Source of the DNA: Anaerohalosphaeraceae bacterium
Lineage (GTDB): Bacteria > Planctomycetota > Phycisphaerae > Sedimentisphaerales > Anaerohalosphaeraceae
Direction: 5' to 3'
Assembly: GCA_963675525.2 (NCBI GenBank)
Contig: CAXXSL010000002.1
Span: 8,323-72,322, forward strand
Length of the DNA: 64,000 bases
The notes under the pieces are model-generated. The model was not told where the DNA came from. It made no database searches and saw only the letters and a program-made list of their open reading frames with translations. Below, piece by piece: positions 19,904-32,100 of the stretch. The translations under genes were made by a program, and so were the position numbers. How positions within the stretch are numbered: position 1 is the stretch's first letter; every line of letters begins with the position of its first letter.

Positions 19904-21097
19904 ATGCAAAAAGCAGGTTCAAGGGAAAGTTCTACGGATAAATCAAGCCTGACAAAAAAGCTTCGTTCTTTATGGCCGTTTGCGTTTATCCCGTTGGCGA
20001 TAATATATGTCTATGTCACGTCCTATTTCGGATTTGATTGGCTTTGCGCTAAAAGTTTTCATGAACCCCTTGCCCTTCCGATTGTCGGCATGTCCGTTTT
20101 AAGCTTCTTTTGGCTTGCGTGTAAGACAAGGAATGAGTTGACCGTTGCGATGACACTTCTGAATGTTGCATTTTTCTGCAGAGAGTGGCACTTTGCCGGA
20201 ACTGACAGGGGAATCTATATTGCGATCAGTCTTTTTGCCGGGTGGTTTGTTTATCGCAGAGAACAGATAGAAGAAATGATTACGGGGAAAAAGATCAAAA
20301 TATGGTTGTTCGCGACAGCGTCCTGCTATCTATTTTCTCAGATTCTGGCCCGGCGTGTTTTTTCGGTAAACCATTTGGGACTATTGCCACGGGAAGGGGA
20401 GTATTTTATCTCGTTCGAAGAGACGATGGAAGGGACGGCGCATGTGCTGATGTTCATCACCAGCATGATTGCATGGGCAACATTTTATTTTAACCGAAAA
20501 AAGACGGATTCAATTCAGCCAAAACAGCAGTCCAAAGGAATCTTGGGTTATACAAAACCCGCATTGTCGGCATTGGTTGTGTTTTTGATTGTGGGCGGAT
20601 CTGTTTGGTATCACAAGACTCGGCCGTATCATTTTAGAGTCGTAACGCCTGGAATTTTGTACCGCAGTGGCTGGATGGAACCCGCCGACACAAACAAAAT
20701 AATAAGTAAGTACGGCATTCGAACAGTGGTTAATCTGTGTATGCCGGAGGAGTCTACATATCTTGAAAATTACACGGACGAGCAGCGCATTTGTCAAAAA
20801 AACGATGTGACGATTATCAATATTCCAATGCCAGGTAACACTCCGCCGACCGAGCAACAAGCGGCCCTGTGGCTGAACGTGCTGAACGATAAAAAAAGAC
20901 AGCCTATTCTTGTCCATTGTGCTCAGGGAGCCACCAGAACCGCGGCAATGGTAGCTGTTTACCAAATGGAGTTTTTGGGTAAAGATGGCCGCGAAGCACT
21001 GAAAGGCCTGCATACCTTTGGGCATAAACTAAACGAGCCTAAACGTAAAAAAATATATGACTTTATATCCAATTACGACGCTGAGAAAGGTTCTTAG
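19904..21097 (+). CDS. Membrane protein fused to a tyrosine/dual-specificity phosphatase domain
   Basis: Multi-TM N-terminal half; C-terminal LYRSG, IRTVVNL, VHCAQGATRT (CX5R). Confidence 0.8.
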   Translation: MQKAGSRESSTDKSSLTKKLRSLWPFAFIPLAIIYVYVTSYFGFDWLCAKSFHEPLALPIVGMSVLSFFWLACKTRNELTVAMTLLNVAFFCREWHFAGTDRGIYIAISLFAGWFVYRREQIEEMITGKKIKIWLFATASCYLFSQILARRVFSVNHLGLLPREGEYFISFEETMEGTAHVLMFITSMIAWATFYFNRKKTDSIQPKQQSKGILGYTKPALSALVVFLIVGGSVWYHKTRPYHFRVVTPGILYRSGWMEPADTNKIISKYGIRTVVNLCMPEESTYLENYTDEQRICQKNDVTIINIPMPGNTPPTEQQAALWLNVLNDKKRQPILVHCAQGATRTAAMVAVYQMEFLGKDGREALKGLHTFGHKLNEPKRKKIYDFISNYDAEKGS

Positions 21098-21179
21098 TTT
21101 ATCATTACAGTGGGTTTGATCAGGATCAGCAGTCGTTGTTTTTCTTCGGAACCGGCATTCTCATCTTTTTGTTTGGTTT

Positions 21180-22229
21180 TCAGTCCTCAGGCAACGGCGG
21201 GTATAATTTTTTCAGACAATCCATAATTATTTTACCGTCGACATCGATGACTTTGCCGTCCTGAAAGATAAATGTTTCGCTGGGAGGAAGGGCGCGAAAC
21301 CAAACCTGGGTCCCGTTGGGGATATCATCCGGCAGAAAAGAGCCAAGTTTCTCATGATCCGGATCAAGAATGATCTGGGTGAAAGAAATTTCGCATTCCT
21401 CGTTTGTGTGAATATCATTTGAATGACTGACACGTTTCATTTTAGAGGTTTTCGGCAGCCATACTTCACCGACTTTTTCAAATTCCACCACTTCAAACAG
21501 CCCTTTTGCAGTTGCATTTTCTCTGAGAACATCGTCATAAATACGATCTCCGGATTTTCGCTGAACCCTGATACGCGCAATGTGAAAATCATGAACCGGA
21601 TCGATCCAGACCGTATACTCGCCTCTGCCCGGCACAGTTGCTTCTAGGACATAACAATCTACTCCGCGAACATTGTTTCTTTTTTCCCGCAGTTGAAGCG
21701 TAGCAAACGTCTGCAAAAAAAGCTCATTGATCGGAACATCATCACCCCAATGGTATCCCATGATTTCCCCGAAATGCGTATGTTTGAAGGATTCTGAACA
21801 GACTTTTTCATGATCGCCCGGATCACTTTTTTTTGAGATGATGACGTTGCCGGACGCTTTATTATGTCTATCAAATATGTAACCTGTTTGACCATCCCAT
21901 AAATCGCTGTGATAGTCCGCATCTTCCTCTTTGACATCCCTGTCCCGTATACTGATATCTCCCCATAGGTACGTAATATTCTTACAGTGCTGTCCGTCAA
22001 AGCGCCATTCATGCTTTCTATACCCGGTCCCCGTCCCCTTAAATCCAGTATAGATATAAGTGCTTTTTTCATAAGATTTTACGATGAAAGAGCTTAAATT
22101 TTTCCGAGATTTGGCAAATTGCGCCAGCACCTGACGGGCATTGCTGAAATCCGGGGATTCGTCTCCCCCTGCTAAAAGGGAAAGGATCAGCAGGTAAATA
22201 ACAGGCACAAATTTGAGCGGTGTCTTCAT
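21180..22229 (-). CDS. Secreted hypothetical protein, paralog 3 (possible LolA/MucB-like fold)
   Basis: Signal peptide; shares CYVLEA, YTVWIDP and DPDH..LG.F motifs with 27079..28119 and 28142..29164. Confidence 0.7.
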   Translation of the reverse strand: MKTPLKFVPVIYLLILSLLAGGDESPDFSNARQVLAQFAKSRKNLSSFIVKSYEKSTYIYTGFKGTGTGYRKHEWRFDGQHCKNITYLWGDISIRDRDVKEEDADYHSDLWDGQTGYIFDRHNKASGNVIISKKSDPGDHEKVCSESFKHTHFGEIMGYHWGDDVPINELFLQTFATLQLREKRNNVRGVDCYVLEATVPGRGEYTVWIDPVHDFHIARIRVQRKSGDRIYDDVLRENATAKGLFEVVEFEKVGEVWLPKTSKMKRVSHSNDIHTNEECEISFTQIILDPDHEKLGSFLPDDIPNGTQVWFRALPPSETFIFQDGKVIDVDGKIIMDCLKKLYPPLPED

Positions 22230-22232
22230 TTT

Positions 22233-25200
22233 CTATTTTTCCTTATTTTCGGGCTGTTCCGGTGCGATGCCTCCCATGCCGCCACCGTAGCCACCACCCA
22301 TCATACCGGCGCCGCCCATCCTGCCGCCTGCGGGGATCGACGGGGCTTCCTGTTCCTGTTGTTCGATGACGGTTGGTTTGATGAGAATCAGCAGGCGCTG
22401 TTTTTGTTTTGAAACAGTTTCGGCGTCTTTTTGTTCGGTTGTCAGTTCCGGGCCGATGATCAAAATGGTTCCTTTGCTTTCGACGGTTGTATAGATGGGG
22501 ATTTCCGTCACCTGCATGTAGGGGATGTCATAGCTCTTGTCGTTGTGCTGTTGGGTTCGGGTTTCGAGGATGTCTGAAATCATGGCATGGACTTTGAGCA
22601 GGACTTCTTTGCCGTCATTTTGAATGACCGGCAGGATGTCGAGCGTGACGCCTTTGTTGATATCTTTTTCTTTGTCATCCATGTTGAGATAACGGGTTTC
22701 CGTTTGAACCTGTATTACAGCGGATTCGTTATTCAAGACCGCAACTTTTGGAGCGGTTAATGTTTTTGCGTTTTTATGTTGCTGGGTTGCTTTGATGAGA
22801 GAACTTGTCTGCAAGTCATCCAGCACATTAAAGTTGTCAAACGGCAGGATTCGTTCGGTCAGTGGTTTTGGTTCGAGTGCGGCTTTAATCGCGTCAGAAT
22901 TGGCGGGGCCTTCGATGACCTGTCCGACGATCTGGCGTGGGTCATTGATGCCGATGCCGACGTCTTCGAGGAACTTATCATCGACCATAATAAACCGGGC
23001 TTCGATGGCGATTTGGTATTTGTATAAATCGTCTCGGACTTTCTGCAAAAATTGTTGTATCTTTTCATGCATCTCGGGCGTCTGCCAGATGATCAGCTTG
23101 CTGTTGTCGTACGAATCAATTTTGCCTTCGCCGCCGTTGTCGAACCAGGTTGAGGGCACGACGGACTGGACGATGGTTTGTTTCAGCTCTTCGAGTTTTT
23201 CGGCAGGCTGTTTGGCATCTTGTTGACCGGTATTAAAATCGCCCGGCTGTACGATAAGATCAGTGACATCATAGATCTGGGTGCGGCAGGGGGTCGGCAG
23301 GGAGGCTTTGGTGGCGACGGTGATGATACCTTCTTCGATGACAAAATCCAGAGGTATCAACCCGTCTGAAATTGTATGCAGAATGGTCTTGAGCCCGAGA
23401 TCCAGGGTCATGGTGCTCAGGCCTTCAATGCCGATGGGGGTGGTTTTGTCAATGGCGGCATTGTCCTTCAGGTCGTCCCACAAGATGATGATTTTCAGCG
23501 GCGAGGTCGTACTGTTGCGGATATGGTCGATGGCTTCGGCCAACGTTGTGTTCGAGGTCAGCGGGGAAAAGTCGATTTTGGTAGCGAGTAATTGTGCCTT
23601 TTTCAGGCGTTCCGCTTCCAGGGCTTGTGGCGTATTCATCTTTTCCGCATGTCTTCGAGCAAATTCGGCCGTATTGGTAGGGTAAGGTATATTATCAACC
23701 GTCAAAAACTCACTTAATTGTTCTTTTTTGACAAATACAACATGGCCATCCGCAAAGAGCAATGTCGTGCCGTCCTGATTTTTTAAAAGTGAATTATCAT
23801 AGGCGATCATGGTCGTTGCGGTATTCGAAATATTGGTTCTGTCTTTCATCCCTAACAGAAGGACGTTGTCGAGAATCCAGTAATAGATTTCTTTGTCCAG
23901 ATAGGGTTTAAGGTCTTGTAGTTCAGATGGTGGCTTCTTGTCATTATTATCCATAAACATATAATACGTGATACCCAGTTGGCGCAGGTGATTCATGCTT
24001 TCCAGGCGGGCGGTGTGTAAATCCAATGGCTGTTTGCTGTCGGATTGCGATGGACTCTGGATTTTTTCTTCCTGCTGTTTAACAATCGCGTCCCATTTTT
24101 GGGGAAATTGGACTGATTCTTCGGGCGTGCCGCCGAACCCGCCGCCCATGCCACCACCGAAACCACCACCGCCCATCCTGGCCGGAGGTGATTTTGCTGC
24201 GTCTTTTAAAGAATCTTTTTTTTTCAAAATCGTCGGCTGGATCAGCAGCAGTTCCATACCTTCTCCGGTTTCGTACCCGCCGACAGCGAATGCATATCCC
24301 GGAAGGAAAGTCACCTTCGATGTGATGCTTTGCATTGTGACACTGTCCTGACCCGCACTGATCGACCGTTGAAAATCAATTTTCGTTCGTATACTCTTGC
24401 CGTCCGGGGCGATGTGATTATTGACTTTGAGTTTGATGTGCTCAGGACCAATTTTAACCTCTGCATCTTTATTGTCTAAAGATAATATTCTGGGATTGGC
24501 AATGATTTTGGCTTTGGGATTATGTTTAATAGTGCTGAGAAAGACTTCAAGTTTTTCAGGCGAAATCATGATCGCTTCGGACTTGTCCTGCGGAACGATC
24601 TCTTTCAGTATAGGCATATCCGCCGGAACACTGACAAGATATGCTGTTGTGAGCATCTGCGGCCGCGCATCATCTGTTGATTCCTCTGGTGTAATTGGCA
24701 AAACACCAATCTCCATGACGGTTCTATTGTGTTTGTCGATTTCAAATACCAGGCCTTTATCCTCGTAGCTAAGAACGTCTTTATACGCCGTTTCCTTAAG
24801 ACGAAAATCATTGCCAAAGGCTTGTTCGACCTTCTGCTCGGAATCACCGATTCCCAAACCACTGGCGAATCTGTAAAAAGGACTAATCGCAGTCATCTCT
24901 TTGACGGAATCGTCCTGTATCCTGAAGGAAATATGATCAAAAGATATGTAGTATTTTGCCGGAAGATTCTCAAGCGTGTATCTTTGTTCCCCGTAGAAAA
25001 CTAAATTCGGTTTTCCCAGACTTTCTAACACATCATCCTTGGTCATACTAAATGTGTATTTGCCAACACGCTCCCCCGGCACGATTATCTTGTCGGTGAT
25101 GTTGCTATGTCCGCCTCCATAACCATCATCCGAATCGGCGTATTGGTCAGCCGGAGAGTTATTGCTATCGACTAAATCGGTTCTGGAGCGATATAAATTC

Positions 25201-27062
25201 GACAGGTTTTCTTTGAGTTCCTTATCTTGTTCCGCCGTCAATGAGGTCAGATCGGGCAACCTCTCACGCAGGGTTTTGATTGCTGCCGGGCTAAATTTGT
25301 TTGCCGAAAGAATCTTTAACGTAAGAAATGTCTTTGCCTCATGCAAAAAGTTTAGTCCGTCATCCGTGAAATTGCCGCATACGGTTACATAGTGCAGTTG
25401 TTTCATGTTTGCAAGAGAAGGAAGACAGTTATCTGTTAAATAGAGACTCCGGCAGTAAATTTCTGTTAAATTATCCAAATCTTTCAAATAAGCAATTCCG
25501 GCGTCCGTAACCATGGAACTCTTTTTGCCGCCGCCAATGACTAATTGTTTTAGATTTTTCAGTTTCTTTAAACAGACTAAATCTTTGTCATAAATAGGAG
25601 CATCAAACCTGAGCAAGAGTTCCTCAAGTTTAGTTAAACCAGAAATATCGAGGCCTGAATCGTCTTGTATTATGCCGAAGTCGACTTGTAATTTTGATAG
25701 ATTATGTAACGCATTCAGATGAGATAAACCTGAGATCGTGATATTTTGGCAACTACTTATATCAAGTTTTTCCAATAACTTCAGTGTTTTCAGCCTGGCC
25801 AATCCTTCGTTTGTAATCGACTCAACATATACGAGATTAAGTTCTTTCAAATTGGTTAGCTTTGCAAGGTCATCCATTCCGATATCAGTGAACCTTATTC
25901 CGCCGATCAACAGGTATTCCAGGGATTGAAGCTTCGATACATGCTTTAGAGCGGTATTGGTGAGCGGACTGTTTGAGCTGCCGCAAACCCAAAGATGTTT
26001 CAGGTTTTTTAACGTTGCAATGTGTGCAAGACCTTTATCCGTTATGCCATTGTTGGGGAGATCCAGGTATTCTAATGAACCGATCTGACCCAAATGCACC
26101 ATCCCGGCATCTGTAATTTGTCCCTTCTGGCCCCTTTTGCCAATGTTCAGTTTCTTTAAAGACCGCATCGATGTTAAATGTGCCAACCCGCCGTCTGTCA
26201 CCTCTGTATTGAAAAGGCTTAAATCTTCCAGCCCCTTAAGGCTTGATAAATAACGCAATCCTTTGTCTGTGATCGGCAGATGATTCAGGTCGAGGGCCTT
26301 TAATGTGGTGATATTTTTCAGATGGTATAATCCCGCATCGTGAAGTTTCCGCTGTTAAGACTCAGGTCACGCAGCAAGGGTAAATCTTTCAGGCATTCTA
26401 ACCCGGCATCGGTCATGCTGCCGCTATATAAACCCAACTCTTCCAGATTCGTCAACCTGGGAAGACAGTGCTTCAATCCTGCATCGCTCACCTTGTTTTC
26501 AGCCACATATAATCTTTTCAAAGCCTTCAGTTGTGCGACATAAGATAAGCCCTTATTTGTCAATTCTTTTGGCGGTACTAACAGTTCGAGTGTTTGCAGT
26601 TTTGTGATGTGTTTCATACTTTCCGTTGTCGTTGTTGCTTGAGAAAGCCATAGACTTTTTAAGCCGGTAAGATGTGTGATCTGTTCCATATCTTTATCGG
26701 AAAGCAGATGATTTTTTTTCTCCAGTCCATCGGCATAAATGACAACAGATATACATCATCCGGCTTGAGATTTAACAATGGTGAAAAATCTTTAAAGGTA
26801 TTTTCATATAGAAAGAGGCCCCACGATTTGACCGGCTGGTACTGTAACATCACCTTTCGCCTCCTGGTAATCAGGTTGCCCGTACCAACTTTGGAAATCA
26901 TCGAGTTTCTCTTTCCCGCCGGCATCCTGAACCATGATTCTGCCCAGCGCCCGGTCTTTGGGGAAATGCAGGACACGCTGGGGTGTTGATGTCTCGGTTT
27001 CGGCGGCCATTACCGGCGAGGCCATCAAAACAGAGGATTGTGCACATCAGATATTTTGGCAT
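22233..27062 (-). CDS. Frameshifted secreted LRR protein with H-X9-DG and secretin-like modules
   Basis: ATG 27062 (MPKYLMCTIL) joins ORF pieces 26804..27028, 26659..26976, 26318..26689 and 22233..26258 through about 4 frameshifts; LRRs, FADGHV, STN-like region, LTAPKVAVLNN. Confidence 0.7.
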
Positions 27063-27078
27063 TTTGTTTTCCTTCTAT

Positions 27079-28119
27079 TTAGTTTTCGGCTTTTCTCAGG
27101 CAATCCATGACTGTCTTGCCGTCGGCGTCGATGAACTTTTCCGTCCTGCCAAATAAACTCTTTATCAGGAGGAAAAGCTCCCAGTAAAGCCTTCGTTCCA
27201 TCAGGAATATCATCCGGAAGAAAAGGCCCAAGGGCATCATGGTCCGGATTAAGGATTATCCTGGAAAAAGAAATTTCTTTTTCCTCGGTTGCATGATAAT
27301 CATTCGGTTGATTGGCCTGTTTTATTTTACAGGTTTTGGGAAACCATACATCTTCTATTTTTTGAAACTCCAGCACCTCAAAGAGTTCTTTGTGCGTTTC
27401 ATTTTCCTGGACAACCTGATTCCAAATACGATCCCCTGTCTTTCGCCGAACCTGTACACGAGCGATATGGAAATCATGAACCGGATCAATCCAGACGGTG
27501 TATTTTCCCCTTGCCCGGCACATCCGCTTCGATGACATAACAATCCACCCCGCCAATATTGCTTTTTTTATCTCGGCAACCGAAGTGTTGCGGCAGATTG
27601 TAAAAACAACTCTCCAATTCGAACATCATCGCCCCAATGATACCCCATGATTTCTCCGACAGGCGTTCTTTTAAAGGCTTCCGAACAGACACCCTTTTTG
27701 TCACCACGATCGATTTTTACTCCGGAAACACGCTTGCCCACAAAAGGGTTTTTTCCATAACTGTAAATATAGGCTGTTTGCCCATCCCATAGACTGCTTT
27801 GATAATCTGCGTCTTTCTCTTTGACATCCCTGACCTTTATATTGATATCGCCCCAGAGATACCAAATACTCTTATATCGATTCCCGTCAAATCGCCATTC
27901 AAATTTACTATAGTTTATCCCTGTCCCCTTAAACCCAGGGTAAGTGTAGGTGCTTTTTTCATGGGCCTTTACGATATAAGAATTTAGGTTTTTCCGAGAT
28001 TCTGCAAATTTATTCAGTAACTCCACCGCCGTAGACGTATCAGCTGCCGTAGACGTATCAGCGAAGACTGTACAGGGTAAAAAGGCCAAAACGAAGATTA
28101 CAACCGTTATTTTATCCAT
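27079..28119 (-). pseudogene. Frameshifted secreted hypothetical protein, paralog 2
   Basis: Pieces 27568..28119, 27486..27707 and 27047..27556 are collinear with 21180..22229; three shifts; reconstructed end VIDADGKTVMDCLRKAEN* at 27079. May be sequencing error. Confidence 0.7.
28028..28062. repeat. 18-bp in-frame tandem duplication
   Basis: GCCGTAGACGTATCAGC(T) x2, encoding ADTSTA twice. Confidence 0.85.
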
Positions 28120-28141
28120 GCTTATCTGCTTTCTATCGTGT

Positions 28142-29164
28142 TCATTTTATTCTCCGGCCCCCCTCGACAATTTTGCCGTCCTGCCAATAATAGTTAATTT
28201 TGGAAACACCGCTTTTGTCTATCAATCTGAACCAAGCCCCATTTTGAACATCTTCGGAGTCAAACGAGCCGATGGCATCATGGTCCGGGTTGAATTTGTA
28301 TTCACTGGCTTTGTACTGGATGGTTTCACGGTAGTTGTATTTGCCGGGAATTTTCCAGTCATAGAGAATCCTGGCTTCGACGGGAACCCATGTGCCGTCG
28401 ATTTGCTCAAATTTGACATTGTCCAGGCAGGTGTAATATTGTTCGTTTTTTTCCACGTTTTTTTCGCCGCCCAGCATGTCGCCTTCTTTGCAGAGATATT
28501 TTGCTTTGGCCAGATTGCAGCCGTGGTCCGGGTCGATCCAGAGTGTGAACTTGCCTCTATCGGTAACCGCTTCAATGACATAACACTGATAATCACCAAC
28601 CGTCTGCATTTGATCGTGAACACGTATATTATCCGCATTCCGCAACAACTCATCGATGCGCTCATCATTTGCATAAAGATACCCCAGGGCCTCATGTCCC
28701 TTAAAAGCGCGGCTTAACGCCATCGCAGTTCTTTGAACGGGGTCATAATCATGTAATTTGCTGAAAGTCCCGTGTCCCGGGTCGGATGTCATATTGGGTC
28801 TGCCGTACCACCTGTCAACCTCATGGCCAATAACCAGGCTACTTCTGTACATGGGATTGTCCTTGGGTACGTTCCGAATCGCCAGGCTGAGATCGCCGTA
28901 CATAACTTCCCGCCTATTGACCCGCATCTTGTCCCGGTCAAATCGAAAATCGTGCAGACTGTTGCTGTCACAATGGCCGCCGGGGAATTGCGGACTGAGT
29001 GATTTTATCGTATATTGTCCTGAGGTTTGTGTTTTGGCGGTAAAAGAGTTAAAGACCTCCTGTGTTTTGGCGAACTTATCAAGGAGTTCTTTGGCAGTCG
29101 GCGTCTCATTTGAAAATGCAGACACGTTCAATAAGCAGACGATAATGCTGATACCGGCCTTCAT
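28142..29164 (-). CDS. Secreted hypothetical protein, paralog 1
   Basis: Signal peptide, AKELLDKFA, CYVIEA, FTLWIDP, NPDHDAIGSF, WQDGKIV; start overlaps the M56 gene stop. Confidence 0.75.
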   Translation of the reverse strand: MKAGISIIVCLLNVSAFSNETPTAKELLDKFAKTQEVFNSFTAKTQTSGQYTIKSLSPQFPGGHCDSNSLHDFRFDRDKMRVNRREVMYGDLSLAIRNVPKDNPMYRSSLVIGHEVDRWYGRPNMTSDPGHGTFSKLHDYDPVQRTAMALSRAFKGHEALGYLYANDERIDELLRNADNIRVHDQMQTVGDYQCYVIEAVTDRGKFTLWIDPDHGCNLAKAKYLCKEGDMLGGEKNVEKNEQYYTCLDNVKFEQIDGTWVPVEARILYDWKIPGKYNYRETIQYKASEYKFNPDHDAIGSFDSEDVQNGAWFRLIDKSGVSKINYYWQDGKIVEGGRRIK

Positions 29165-32100
29165 GGATTCGGCTCCTCTTTTGGGGTGCCTGGGGGTTGG
29201 TCATAGGAGACTCCGCCGCCGTAACCGCCCATGCCGCCACCGAAACCTCCTCCCACACCGCGGCCGCTGAAGCCGCCTCCCATCCCACCGCGTACAGGGA
29301 TAGATGGAGCTTCCTGTTCTTGTTGTTCGATGATGGTGGGTTTGATGAAGACCAGCAGACGCTGTTTTTGTTTGGAAACAGTTTCGCCGTCTTTTTGTTC
29401 GGTTGTCAGTTCCGGGCCTTCAATCAGCATTGTTCCTGAGCTTTCAACCATCGCGTAAATCGGAATATTGGCGACCTGCATCATGGGGATGTCATCCGGC
29501 GTTTCAGGGTCATTTTCGAGAATATCGGAATATTGAATGTATCCCCTGAGCAGTACTTCTTTGCCATCGTTTTGAATAATCGGCAGGATGTCCAGTGCGA
29601 CACCCTCGCCGGCATTTTTTTCTTGGCCATCAATGTCAATGTATGGCCAATCCTTGAAAACTCGCATCGTGGCGGATTCTCCATTCAAGACGCAGACTTT
29701 CGGGGCGGTGAGTACTTTGACGTTTCGATACGCTTGTGTGGCTCGAAGCATGGATTTGGTTTGCAGATCGTCCAGCGTTTGCTTTTTTTGCAAGGGCATT
29801 TCTTTTTCCGGCAGCGGTTTTGATTTCAGTGCAGCGAGGATTTCTTCCGAATTAGCCGGGCCGACAACAATGCTCCCAACGCTGCCTGCGTTATCATCCA
29901 AACTCAAAGAGGCATCTGCTCCAATGTTTTCCATGATACCGTCCGTAACCAACATGATGCGGGTTTCGATGGCGATTTGATATTTGAACAAATCCTCTCT
30001 TAATTTGCTGAAGTAATTTCGTAGTGTCTCATGTACCTGCGGTGTTTGCCAGATAATCAGTTTGCTGTTGGCGTATGAATCCATTTTTCCTTCGCCGCCG
30101 TTTTCAAACCAGCTTTTCCAGGCAATGGTTTGGATAATTGTCTGTTTTAAAAGTTCGAGCTTTTCGGCCGGGTTTTTTGTTTGCCCAGGATAACTTAAAA
30201 TATCTGCGACGTCGTAGATTTCCGTCCGCATTGCGTTGGGATCTGCTGAACCCGGATTTGCCGTATTTTCGTCGCGCTGTTGGACGATTTCGTCCCAGTT
30301 TTTGGGGAATTGGATTGAATCGTCATCCGGGACACTGCTTCCGCGGGCGCTGCTGAAACCACCCATGCTGCCGGCGGCTGGAGCCGATGGGACCTGGGGC
30401 GTTGTCATCTCAATTTTCACATCACTTTTTTTGCCGGGATACAGAGAGACATTTTTGAAGATAACTGTTTGGGTGGGCATGGTTTGAAAGTGGAATTTAT
30501 CAATTTTTCGGAGTGATAAATCAAATTCGGCCTGGCAAATCTGATGTTCGGGAGATTTGTTTTCAGAGCTGCTGAACCAACGTAAAGACTTTGGCATGTG
30601 AACCTGGCCTTGCCTGTCCACTGCCACGAACCGCCATTCCCGGGCATGAGACAACAACGTTGCGGAAATGCTTGTCTTGCCCCATGTTCCCCTGGGTTTA
30701 TTGATGATGACCGTTCCTAATTTTGTCTCTACCGGGATTGAATATTCTGGTTTCCAATATGCACTTTTTGTGGCCAGTGTTTCCCATGGGCCTTGTCCGA
30801 TTGTCGCAAAGATGTCCACAGCCGGCTGTTCATCGTGCAGTGTAAATGAATAGCCGAAAAGATGGCATAGATTTTGCTCGCCCTTTTTAACGCAGAAAAA
30901 TTCGGGCCATGACTCCGGCGGAGAGGAATCGTTATGAATATTGATGCTTATTAACGGAGCTAAATCAGAGTCAGGTGCTGATTCCAGACCATTTATTCGA
31001 AAGACCATTTGCCGGGTTTCTAAGGGTTCTTCATATCTCTTTGTGGTTCCATCCCAAAATACATCTTTAACAGGGCTTCCATCCGGACTCCACCAATGCC
31101 CACCATCTGCCGGTATATAGGCTATTCCCAACAGTTCAACAGTAATGCCATTGGGTAAAGTAGCTTTAAAGTCATTGTTTATTGCATTCGGTTGATTTTT
31201 AATCGATCCAATTTCTATGATGCCGGAGCCTGTATTGGTCACCTCTATACGTTGGTCTACTTTAATCATGGCGTTACCGATTTGAATTGTGGCGTTGCGA
31301 TCAAAGTATCCCGTTCCATTGGGGCCAAGCAATATTTTGTTCTCTGTTTTGTCGGTGTTTATTTCAACAATGTCAGAACCAATGTTTATTGCTTCTATAC
31401 GTTTGTCGACGTTAATCATGAGCTGGCCGATTTGAATCGTGGCGTTGCGGTCAAAGTACCCTGTTCCGTTAGGACCCAGCAAGATCGTGTCATTTTTCGA
31501 TTGTGCCGGTGCGGTCGCGGGCGGATTTTTTGTGGATTCGATGACAGCCGGCCTGTATCCGGCGATCCAGTTAATTTTCCATACATTGTCTTCTTTGACA
31601 AAATCAATGGTCCATTGTGTATTATCACAGGCTGCCTGTAATTTCAGCGTGCCGTTGTCTGTGAAAGCCTTGAGGGGTTTAAGTTTCAGGAAATCCTCTT
31701 TTTCCCATACAAAGCCCGAATCCAGCGGGTGTGTTGGCTCCATCTGTTTTTCAAACGCCTCGAACCCGCGCCTTTGGTATTCACACTTTTGATAGTCTTC
31801 GGAAAACAGTTCCCATGCATCGGCATACTGTTTGTTGCGGATGTAGTCCTGAATCATAGTGAGCGTTTTAGAGGTTTCCTCAAATTGGGATGTTGTAACA
31901 GGATGCAATGTTTGCGGGATTTGACGTTTCGGCAGAATCATCCCTCTGTAAGACTGTTGAAAATAACGTTCGGCGAATGGCTGTTCGTAATCGTAATTGG
32001 CTTCGCTGGCCGGGTTGTAATATTTGACGCGTACATAAGTGTTTTCCGTGACCGGTCCCTGGATTTTATAGATAAACCGTACGCGTTTGGTTTCACCGGG

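Noticed and set aside
26258..28119. Programmed frameshifting or phase variation
   Set aside because: Too many independent shifts per gene and no consistent slippery site or long repeat tract; sequencing error or decay is simpler.
22320..29430. Near-identical C-terminal repeats plus an Avd-like gene as a possible diversity-generating retroelement
   Set aside because: Both copies are coding, mismatches are not adenine-specific, and no reverse transcriptase is in the window.
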